DNA of 20,000 nt, from contig KZ538398.1 of NCBI GenBank assembly GCA_000934665.2, positions 54,704-74,703 on the forward strand, read 5' to 3'. Below the pieces are notes generated by a model. It saw only the letters and a program-made list of their open reading frames with translations, was not told the DNA's origin and did not search any database. Source of the stretch: Catajapyx aquilonaris (lineage: Eukaryota). Positions 1 to 10,225 of the stretch are shown here, piece after piece. The position numbers and the translations under genes were made by a program. Each line of letters opens with the position of its first letter. Positions within the stretch are counted from its first letter, which is position 1.

Positions 1-1187
1 GGTGAAACTTGCATTCTTTTGCGAATAGTATTTACATCCTCATATTATTGGTCAGACTGGTAACCGAAGAAGAAAAAAAAATGGATTGCATGGTTGCATC
101 CTAGATATCCTTTTAATTATATGGACGCATAATTAGTTAATTAAGGGGGAGAATCTGGGGCTCAATAGTGGGGTGGAAAAAAAACTTTTCCTAGGCATGA
201 CTTGGCTCTGGACTTAGCACAGCGGCAAAAGGGGGTTGGTATTTTCAGTGCTTTGAAGAAAGAAAAAAAAAAGAAAAAAAAATCGGGAGAGTCTGTGGTG
301 GAATTTGCAACCATTTCAGAGGCGGGTAAACGACCTCAAAAATTGCAATCTCTGAAAAGCAAATATTGGCATGCCAGCAGTTAAAAAAAAAAAAAAAAGT
401 GCACCATTTTTCAAAATATCTTGCCGCTTCAGTAACATCGAAATTACACGCTGAGCTGGCGGCAACATCCGGCTGGGGTAGCTCTACCGGCCGTTTGTTG
501 CATTGCATCGTTCTATAGCAGCTAAAATGACATAGGCCTAACAGAGATATGTATAATCATCACCGCAAAACCAGACCGACGCGACTGTAATAAAGGCCGT
601 TTTATACAATGCGCTGTGCAGCTCATGATTTATTCATATCAATAGAGCGCAATTCATCCCAAATTGAATCAGATTCTATTTCTCTTAATCACAGCTGCGA
701 ACTGATGCTATTTTTTGCCACCCAAAAAAGCGCCAGTTAAAATCCCCAGCATTCAGATAAACACCGCTGTGCTCTTCAATCGACATTTTGATGACAATTT
801 TTTTTTGGTGGAAAAAATATAGAGGATATTTTCCTCACAATGCATCGCTGTTGGCATACATTTAAGATATTCCCTTCCATGGTTATAACTTGAATTCACT
901 AGCTGATTGTGCATTACTTGCAGTCTGTGCACCCTATTGTACAAACTTAATTAACTTCCAAGGACGCTTCTTATATGCAGTCACGAACAGTGCATAAATG
1001 TCGTGGGTATACATACCGGTGTGGTCTATAAATTATTATTGGAGTGCTTTTCCGTTGAATCTGCGATGTCATGGTGAAGTTGACGGTTGCCTTAGTGATA
1101 GAAAGAATAGCTATCCGAGTGAAAAACAATATTATCTGCAGATCACCGGTGAGCTGGGACAAAAATAACAGGTTATTTATCAATTCT

Positions 1188-1349
1188 GGAGGCGTATACT
1201 CATCCAGGTCACTCGCAATCGACAAAGTCGATTGATGTCAAAATGACGTCGCCAATTCTCCTCGCCCTGCCCTGGTCATCATTGGCGACGTCATTTTGAC
1301 GTCAATCGACTTTGTCGATTGCGAGTGACCTGGATGAGTATACGGCTCC
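1188..1349. mobile_element. Foldback MITE-like palindrome, superfamily unassigned
   Basis: 69-bp inverted arms at 1188-1256 and 1281-1349 (GGAG(G/C)CGTATACTCATCCAGGTCACTCGCAATCGACAAAGTCGATTGA...) with 2 mismatches and a 24-bp spacer. No clear TSD. Confidence 0.8.
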
Positions 1350-3471
1350 TGGGAAAGGATGAATATTAGTTTCCGCGCTGTGCTTTGTAGTAAGCAGGTG
1401 GGGCAGCATAATTAATTATAGGAACCAGATCATGATAAATGCAAATTATTCTGTTCAAATACATGACTTGGATTGATTTACTGGCTACTCTGCACTTACG
1501 CGTCAGTTAGCTTTAAGATCAGCACACAATACCCGATTCCATCAATAAAATCCTAAAGTTGCTGACCAAATCGCGTAATTATTTCCTCACTAATAATAAC
1601 GCCGCTCTCATGCAAATACCGCAACATATAATCATCCGCATCGTATTTTACACACACAAAAAAATCACATACTCTAGTATATATACCGCAACCCCTTGTT
1701 AGCAAATAATATAAAAAAAAGAGTGCACCTTTTGGCAACAAAGGCGTTTTCACGAGCAGGTTGAAATCCCAAACATAGACTGAGTATCTCAAGGCAAGGC
1801 TCTCATCGATTCAAGCCTACAAACTATATTGCTGCTTTTAGATTCCCGGAGCATCGCAAGCAGCTCCAACGAGTTTAGGTAGAGTCTGAGCACGCAATTT
1901 GGCGCTAAGGTTGGGGCTCCGGACCTATACATCTCGGGGCTTCAAATTTGCTTTGCAGAAAATGGCCGACTTGCAAGAGTTGAGGAGGGGGGGGGGGGTT
2001 CGCAAGAAATGGAAATGAGGCAGGTTCACAACCAAGGGACACGTATATGACTAGTAGTAGTAGGCATTGTATAGTCAGAGACGTGCTACTGCTGGCATTC
2101 CATAGGTTTGAACTGGGCTTATCCAGAGTGATTTCAAGTAAACGTTAGGGGTTCAGGATGCGATTTGACCAAATTGATGAAAATATGGGTTGGAATCTGC
2201 AGGTCAGCAAATTCATTAAAATAGTTAAATCCGAGTTGGTGTCCACCCAAATCACGTAGAGTATTGCAAAATACGTCATCAGTGTGACTGCGGAAATCCT
2301 CTCGGATTTGATTGCATTTTGGTCTGGATTTTATTCCGTGTTGGTCCAAAATACCAACAGACATAATCCCCCCCTGCTTCTGTGGAATAACGCTGTTCAG
2401 TTTAAATAGTCAGCTGCAGCATTTTTATTTCAAACGTGGGTATCACAAGGCTATAACAAGAAACATGCATGATCAAATCGGTGTATGCAGTAAATGTAGT
2501 GTTTTTGAACAGGTCAGTACTGTATAGACAAAGAGTAGGCACGAATATTGCAAGCATGGAGTACATGACCACGATATTGAAATTGGTCCGTTTTTTTGTG
2601 TCTGACTTGATCAAATCCTTACACGCCATCAAAAAATACAACAGTATAGTGTACACCCTTTTATTTCCTGTAAATGGCCGGAGAGTTCAGATACATTGAA
2701 CTCTACAGAAACGTGATCCTTAATGACAGTTTTTCCCAGGCAGAAATAACATTAAGGTGAATGGCCCGCGGGGTACAGTCATGATAATTGCCTTCTAATA
2801 GTAGAGTCTGCCTCAATAAGCTATGTGCTTCGAGGGCTGGTATACAGGCCTGTCTGATGCATTTACGTACTTGGAGGTGTACAAAAGAAGTTGTCGATAC
2901 TGTCGGAGTTATTGAAGTGGCATGCAGCGATGTGAAGGAACATATTTGTGTTATTTCATGCGGAAACATGAACATGACTTTGCATGTCAGCATGTCAACA
3001 ACTTTATAAACATTATGATAAATAACGTGACATGACAATTTTTGTGGTTTCTACGAAACTGTTGCCATAAATGTGTGGTTTTCTTGCGTTTTCCAAAATA
3101 TGATTAAAATTACGGATTTTATGCTTATTGAAAAATTGCATTTTTGGATTATACGATTTCATATTTCAGAAATAATAGTGTAAAGCAGATTCAGAAATCG
3201 TCATATTGGCTGCAACAGTGGAAGTAAAATAATCGTAAGATACTTTTAAGAACTAATATTTTTATTGCTTAATTTATTTTAAATGCGTGCCTCAATTTTG
3301 CTAGATTAATAATGAATAATAGTTCCGTAAACAGTGATGCAATAACATAGAGAGGCCTGTATATTTACACACCAGTTAAAATTACTATATCTAATGGTTT
3401 GGCAGCCTGCAATAATGTAGCAAATGAGACAGGTTAGAAAATCGAATATAAGGACATATTACACTAAGTAC

Positions 3472-3724
3472 ATTGTATCGTAGTGGTTAGGTCTTATGCC
3501 TTAGAGGTCCAGGTTTCATACCCAGACCAGAGAAATTTTTCATGTGGGAGGAATTTCATTTGATTCGCTCCGTGATTGCGTGGGTTTTATCGGGGATTCC
3601 TATTACGTCCCTACCACATTCAAAATCAATCATGATTGTGGTTATTAAGAAAATTGGGCAATTAAAATATCATTCCCTACATATAAGGCTTATCATACTG
3701 TATACAAATAATAATAATAATAAT
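3472..3724 (+). mobile_element. Decayed tRNA-derived SINE with V-domain-like core
   Basis: Pol III A-box-like GTATCGTAGTGGTTAG (~3475-3490) and B-box-like GGTTTCATACCC (~3512-3523). The segment CCGTGATTGCGTGGGTTTTATCGGGGATTCC...CCTACCACATTCAAAA (~3570-3625) resembles the V-SINE core as I recall it (TGCGTGGGTTTTCTCCGGGT..TCCGGTTTCCTCCCACA). (AAT)6 tail at 3707-3724. Confidence 0.75.
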
Positions 3725-5975
3725 ATGGCTATTACAGTATTACGAATATTACATATTGCTGCTGCATACTCGTATCACTGCTGCCCCGTTTAGTCGTAAA
3801 TGAAATGACGAAGTATGAGGTAATATCATATACTGTAATATACCGTGTGTATACTCTGTACAGCGTACGGTCATGCAGTCTTCTGCTGTCTCTTGCCTCC
3901 AGTCCTCCAGACAGTGTGTATTGTGCGTTGTCAAATGCTCATTATTAATAATTGTAATCAAATTTCATGCTTGTTAACTACATCTGCATTAAGGCCAGAC
4001 TAACTACGTGCTTTTCATCATGTAGCCTGCACCATTCAAGTCCGGGTACGTTTTGAGTGCAGCACATGTTTCAATGGGGTTTGTGCATTATTAACATTAA
4101 GTTACTCTTGACTTTAGGCTCTCAAAGTGGAACATTGTCTTTTTTCACTATCGCTCTCTGCCCGGAAATCTTCGCCATGGCATTGTTGTACATTGCAATT
4201 ATTTGTTAATGACGACAGTGTCCAAGTATAGACTATCTCGCCATTGCATTGCAGTGATGTTATATTTGGGCCACTGTCAGTACAGGAGATAAGGGAGCAT
4301 GCTCTATTTTCAAAATGTGAAATTTGGAAATATGTATTTCCAAGCTTGATACATCGAATGGTGCTTTGGAGGGAATCTAACTGCTGAAATAAATACTTTA
4401 GATCAGTGTTATTTGTAGCATTTTGTCTCATTTTTTTGTGTTTTATACCTTTGCACACAAACTAATTTTTTGAAGAATTTTAATTATCAAACGCATTCAG
4501 CCCGAGGAGATTCACTAACTTGCGCTGTACTGCAAAATGAAATTGGAATCTGTATTAGACACTTCGCGTTACTGGAACTGTACAAGTACAGCACTTTGAT
4601 TAAGAAGTCCATCTTGCCATTCCCAGTCGACCCAACGGGATTCCCTCCAGCACTGCGTAAGAGAAACTTCAAAAGCAGAAATACTGCGGCCCTTCAGACA
4701 GCCTTGTCTCATCTGTATATTCCAAAACTGAAAAGCGCTTCAAAAATAGAACTATTAACTATGCAAGAAGACTATATATCGGGACACCCAACCCACACAT
4801 AAATGCAGATAGACCCATCGTTTCGTTCACAACTACCAAACCTAGACTGCAGTATAAGCACATATCAGGACTGGATCTGCCATCCCCCCCCCCNCCCCCC
4901 CCCCCCTACACACACACATCCCATCTCTTTTTGCCTGTCATTGTCGGCATGCAAACGAGAAGTGCGTTTTCAAATGCCTGCCGCCATACCAACCGGATCG
5001 CATTGCGAACGTAATCCGGTCGTGCCATTCAAAGTGCATCTTTCAACAGTGGCCAGCAAGAGTGTGTGTAGTGGGATTTGGTCGCAGTCAGTATCTGATT
5101 TCCACTCTCTGTGATGTGGCATCCCAACAAATGGCCTCTCCCTCTTCTTTATCTAGCCTCATTTGTTAGCACTCGCTACCACCTTTCCTATAGAATGTTT
5201 CCTTGTTGCTTTCAGGCTTAAAAAAAACTCCAGATTGAAAATTGCAAAAAAAAAGTATAAAGTACCCCCCCCCCCATATGCTAGTAACGATGTCTTCAAA
5301 AGTGCAAAAGTCGATTATAATGAGATGCAAGTTGACGTTAAAAAAAACCTGTTGGACTCCTGCACTAGTATGCTAATAGTAATTTTTCTCGACCTATGCC
5401 ACAAGCTTCCGTGGGTGCAAGGACCCTGATTCTAAAGCCTTTCTTAATCGCATTATCTAAGAGCAAAGGAGCTTCCACCTCCGCATGTTGCGTGGGCATA
5501 AGCCTCTACTTTTCAGCGTCACAAAAGTGTACTTTAGCTCTCTGTCATCAGAAGACGAGCAGAAAAAGTGTATAGCAGCGTGGGCAGGACTATTTATGTA
5601 CCAAAGGGATGGTGATTATCTTGTGGAAAGAGAATCTGATGCGTGTGGACACTTGTCTGTGGTTCTGTGGTATATCAAAGCCCTTCTCTATGCTTGCAGA
5701 AAACGTACATCAAAAGATAGTTAGGTACAATCAGATCTCAAAGGCAAACACGGGTTTAAAGAGACATTCAGAGTGTTAGCAATGCTCATAGTATAGAATA
5801 AGACCATTATAAGGCTGCGGATGCTAAATGCCATAATTAGCGACACGGCTTTGGTAGCAGTTATGTAATATCCTCTGGAATTCAGGTTAAACCTATAGCT
5901 CTGTGGAAAAATGTATGAAAATTTGTATGTTCTCATGGGATTGTGCAGACTGCACATGTCCCATCATGTACTGCA

Positions 5976-6405
5976 CTATGGGGCTCAAATTGTTTTGGCC
6001 ACTTTATCCTGGTCTTGAAGCAACCCTTCGCACAGGCCCCACGGTGTACCTGTCTTCAATAAGCTGTGGGACCGGAAGTAGTTGTTTTTACTGTAACTGT
6101 GGGGACTTTCACTCATCTGTGGGGACACCCCACCTGCGGGGACGTTTACGGTCCCCACAAGAAAATTGCGGGTTTGCTTTTGCAGTAGTGGGGACAAGTC
6201 CCCACTATTTCCAGTTGCAGGGTTTTAGAAAAGTCCATTTTTCTCAGCCTAGGTTACGTAGGGTATAGGGTAGGTTAGGTTAGTTTACACTAGCTTTTTC
6301 ACGTCGCCACGCCTAATAGGCCACAAGGATGTGTGAGGAGGTGTGTGTGTGAAGGGTTGCGTCAAGACCCAGGATAAAGTGGTCAAAACAATTTGAGCCC
6401 CATTG
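5976..6405. mobile_element. Tc1/mariner-type MITE (family A) carrying a nested insertion
   Basis: ~53-bp TIRs C(T/A)ATGGGGCTCAAATTGTTTTG(G/A)CCACTTTATCCTGG...GCAACCCTT. TA on the right (6406-07) and CA on the left. Homologous to 18141-18288 in the opposite orientation. Confidence 0.88.
6047..6333. mobile_element. Nested CACTA/CMC-like non-autonomous element inside MITE family A
   Basis: Absent from the sister copy at 18141-18288. Flanked by duplicated TG, with termini TAC...GTG. Contains several (T)GTGGGGAC / GTCCCCAC repeats in both orientations and a GGTTAGG-like tract at ~6251-6283. Confidence 0.6.
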
Positions 6406-6425
6406 TACGTTATGTTAGAGAATAA

Positions 6426-6579
6426 AGGTGCGTTTACATGTGAGCGATTTGACGGGGGGCGAAATCTTCGCCGAGGCTGAAATTAACAGTAGGTTTTCGC
6501 CTCAAACAATATTGGTTACTTGGGTTACTCAGCCTCGGCAAAGATTTCGCTCGTCAAATCGCTCACATGTAACTCACCT
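6426..6579. mobile_element. PIF/Harbinger (Tourist-like) MITE
   Basis: ~55-bp imperfect TIRs AGGTGCGTTTACATGTGAGCGATTTGACG...GCCGAGGCTGA / TCAGCCTCGGC...CGTCAAATCGCTCACATGTAACTCACCT. TAA on both flanks (6423-25 and 6580-82). Confidence 0.88.
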
Positions 6580-6588
6580 TAATACATA

Positions 6589-6990
6589 AAGGGTGTTTCA
6601 AGTTCGTGGGTCATTTTATAGTAGTTATTGTTATAGGAAATTTTGATCAAAGCTGTTACATTTTGTACCTTGTTGTGCCTCTCATCAGTTGCCCTCATGG
6701 AGGTATTATCTAGTGGAGGAGGTGTGACGTCACGAACATGACGCCTGGTCCCCTCTACTTTCCCCCGCTCATTTTTGGTCCATGGTAATATGGCCGCCGT
6801 TCCAGATTAAGCCACGCCCCCTGGCACGATTTTTCATACGGGGGGGATACCTCCATGGTTGCCATATTCTATAGCCACTGCTACATTCGACCACCTGATA
6901 GTACTGAGGCACAACAAGCTACACAAAAATAACTACTTCGAACGATATCAGTGATAACAAAAAAACGACCCGCGAACTTGGAACACCCTG
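6589..6990. mobile_element. Tc1/mariner-type MITE (family B, CAGGGTGTTCCAA termini) with nested hAT MITE
   Basis: TA|AAGGGTGTTTCAAGTTCGTGGGTCATTTT ... AAAACGACCCGCGAACTTGGAACACCCTG|TA. Internal sequence is homologous to 11699-11917. Confidence 0.88.
6696..6857. mobile_element. hAT-type MITE nested in family B MITE
   Basis: Perfect 11-bp TIR CATGGAGGTAT / ATACCTCCATG and 8-bp TSD GTTGCCCT / GTTGCCAT (7/8 match). The empty site is present in the sister copy near 11773-11790. Confidence 0.88.
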
Positions 6991-7073
6991 TATAATTGGA
7001 TCTGTCTTTCTTTCCGTTTGTTTGCCCAAGCTGATAGTACCACTACCCCTCGCACGATCTAGTGGCAGGAGTG

Positions 7074-7076
<3 letters not shown>

Positions 7077-7150
<74 letters not shown>
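7077..7150 (+). repeat. (AG)37 microsatellite
   Basis: Perfect dinucleotide run. Confidence 0.98.
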
Positions 7151-7154
<4 letters not shown>

Positions 7155-7567
7155 CCCCATCTATGACAGAAGTATGATACTTTGTGGACGAATTTCAATT
7201 TTGAATTCCGTACCCAGGAACAAACGCCATTTTTTTGTCTGTGCACCTATATGTATGGTCAGCTTTACACCAAGGTGGCGTTAAAATACATTTCTCAAAC
7301 GCGGTTAAGCGATGGAAAATCCCCGTCTCCACCCCCCACCCAGTGTGCTCATCTCCATAGTTCGCGTGATAACGGGAGAAACAAATTTGCAAGCCAAAAA
7401 GGGGGTGGAATTTACATAATTTATGTCATTTTGTAAGCTTGCACTGCAGTGGAGTTGTTTATTTCTGAAAGTGACAGCAGGATGTTGCAAGTTTCAAGAG
7501 CTACCGGACGAGATTATGACGTAGTTATGCATTATTACGTATAAGATGTGCCTGGATTATTAGGTGC

Positions 7568-7570
<3 letters not shown>

Positions 7571-7630
<60 letters not shown>
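7571..7630 (+). repeat. (TC)30 microsatellite
   Basis: Perfect dinucleotide run. Confidence 0.98.
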
Positions 7631-7634
<4 letters not shown>

Positions 7635-9838
7635 TGCTCCATTTTTAAAACTTTGTCCCTTTCAAGCCTAGAAGGGAAGGGGGCTTCCTAAAACAACCTT
7701 TTCCCAGTGTGTTTCAACGGCCAGACAAGGACATTTGGCACACTGGCCTCGATCTATAGCCGCTTGCTGACTCCCTAGGTAGCCATTTTTCCTGAGGCCC
7801 ACGGTTAGCGAATAATATCGATAGGTCGGAGACAAAAAAAATATATATAGAAAGCTAGAGTAGAGTTAGAAGCAGTTGGCGACGCTTTTTTATGTGCAAT
7901 GGAGCTTATATGAAGTTTATTTATTATGCTATGGGGAATCAACTATTGGTATAGTCCGGCAGCTAGTCTGGCGGATTATAATTTTTGGAATCTTATATCT
8001 GAAGCCTTAGAAAATTCTGAAATGAAAGAACTCATATTTGCACAAAAAATGCATATTATAGTTTATTTTAATTTTACCTAATATATCCCTTGATATCCTT
8101 GATGTTTAAATAAGCCATTCCTGGGCACATAAAATATTTATGGGTATACTGTATGTGAGATAAAAATGTGTTAGGTATTTCCGCTCTTCACCCGACACGC
8201 CGGGGCAGAATTGCACCCCCTACTCTGCCCAGGGCCAGGAGAAAAGGTCTGGTGTATTTCACAAAGTCAGAAATGACTATAATTACAGTGCCCTCCCTTG
8301 GGAACCTCCCTCTTCCTCCCTATAAGGGCTAGCTGCCGTATCACGGGGTATTTTTTAAAAAGTGTTAGCCAGGGATGTAGCTAATGTCATGGGTTATGTT
8401 CATACCCTTCCCAAGAGTCATGGTTGGAAATAAGGAACAAAGATTGGTATCAGGCTGACTATTCCTGAAACCTTTTATGCCATTGGTTGTTTTTCTAAAA
8501 ATCGGCTCATATTTTGTACCGTCGATGCTGATGCTATTACCACGCTATCCTCTATTAGATCCGGTTTAATTATGATACTGGGCGGACCCCCAACAATGAG
8601 GTAAGCAGCGAAGAAAGAGTACAATTCCGAAACCCTTAAGCAGCTTACCGGAACGATTTTTTTTAAATTATATATACGCATGGCCTCAAAATCAGAGTGC
8701 TTGAATGCAACGGACTATCCTGTAGCAGGATTATAATACACTGTACAGTATGGAGTGGCAGAAAGCTTCTGGAAGCCTTCAGGCGGTGGCACAAAAGGAG
8801 TTTCAGTCAGGTCAAGTGGGATATCGCGTCGTATAGTAATATCGCGAATATATCGTACACTTTGAACTCAATTTTCAATTTGCGATGCACCTCCTGGTTT
8901 TACCCACTGCACAACCTGCTGCAAAAACTAGATACCACCATTGAAATAACTTTAACAATGACACAAGCCAGGTGTTGGACTGAATGACATGGTTTAATCC
9001 TGCCAGTCTCTTCAAAAAAATTTCATTTGGCAGTTTAAAAAAGGTTGAATTATAGAAGAGAGTATAGTTAAAGTGCGTGTTGTTCTACTTCCTGAGAAAA
9101 CTCAATCTGAACCGGGTACCGACACTCTGAAAAGTCTTTGATGCAATAACAATATCCATTTTTCCAGGTTGGCTGATGTATTCGCCTGCTCCACTTTTCC
9201 GTTGTGGTTCTAATATTGATGGATGGGGAGTGGTTCTAGTTCCATGTCGGGGAGCGGATAATTTATTTTTCAAACTCTAATGTATTCGCAGTATGGCGCT
9301 CTGCGGCAATGGACTGCTTTGCGCATAATTGAAGCTGTTTTTTTTTTTTTGCATGTATTAACCGGACAGTAATCCTTGTTTCCATATTATATTTATTGCA
9401 CGGTTCCCAGATTCTGTTTGTTCTCCGAACCAAACTTGCTTCGAAGCAGTCCCTGATTGAACATTATGTAAATTGCACCATAATATAATTAATTCACATG
9501 CGCTCTACCTAAGCCAGCGGTTCTCGCTCGACTATGAGCTTGTATTTTATTCATGACGCCAGGTATTTGAATGGCTCGTCGGGTGCGGGTAGGTACTAGT
9601 ACCGCGACACAAAACAAGCATTGTCCCGCATTCTCTACATGTGTGAACGTTCCGGGGGTCTGTTTTGACCGCCATTTCATATACATTTACAGGGGGAAAA
9701 CGGTGGTCAAGATGGCCTGCCTGTGTGTGCCATGTGGGTTTCCGCAGAGTTGCACAGTGTTAGGAATATGGTTGTGTGTCCTTCTAGTGCGTTGTAATCA
9801 AGCATTACTGTATGTGCGCAGAATTTTTTTATTTGGCA

Positions 9839-10225
9839 CTAGCTGCGGCACCCGGCGCGGCGTTGCCCGGGAAGAAATGAATGAAGGGAAAACACCTGCC
9901 AGTAGCCCCGTCAAAATTTTCACGCACAGAGAGCCGCCATGACAGTTTTCCCAGCCGTTTTGGTCGACTTTTGCACGTGCCACCTTGTCCATCTGCTCCT
10001 CATTAAACCGCCGGAGAACAATAGCATCTCTCCGGCGCTCCCTCCCCCCACCTGCTCACAATCTGGATGTACTCTAATCCCACCTCAGCTGCAACCCCTC
10101 CCGTCCTTCCCACCCGGACCACAGATGGCAGGCAAATGACGGTTGACTGGCGGACAGACAGACAGAGACGCAGACAGAGAGACAGACAGACTCACAAACG
10201 GCTTTATTTATATAGAAGATATAGA
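9839..10225 (-). mobile_element. Non-autonomous Helitron
   Basis: The minus strand begins A|TCTATATCTTCTATATAAATAAAGCCGTTTGTGAGTCTGTCTGT (the 5' TC may instead be at 10219), followed by a (CTGT)n-like tract. It ends with the hairpin CCCGGGCAACGCCGCGCCGGG, an 8-nt spacer and CTAG|T. The A|TC...CTAG|T boundaries with no TSD are canonical for Helitrons. Confidence 0.85.
10152..10190 (+). repeat. Imperfect (GACA)n microsatellite within the Helitron 5' region
   Basis: GGACAGACAGACAGAGACGCAGACAGAGAGACAGACAGA. Confidence 0.85.

Noticed and set aside
191..384. hAT-like ends TAGGCATGAC...GGCATGCCAG
   Set aside because: The TIR match is short and imperfect, and there is no 8-bp TSD.
1957..1971. 15-bp exact repeat AGAAAATGGCCGACT shared with 13536-13550
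   Set aside because: Homology does not extend into the flanks, and this YY1-like motif is common in animal repeats.
2120..2340. CACTA-like element ending GGATTTTATTCCGTG with GATTT/AAATC repeats
   Set aside because: Only one candidate terminus was found, with no partner TIR or TSD.
3472..3545. Functional tRNA gene
   Set aside because: The A/B boxes are degenerate, there is no cloverleaf, and the sequence continues into a SINE core and tail.
4884..4906. Poly-C/G tracts (also 1987-1998 and 19094-19112) as functional G-quadruplexes
   Set aside because: They are simple homopolymers, two contain an N (uncertain base calls), and nothing supports a function.
9572..9600. Second Helitron 3' end (GCTCGTCGGGTGCGGGT...CTAG|T) on the plus strand
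   Set aside because: The hairpin is weak and no matching 5' terminus was identified.
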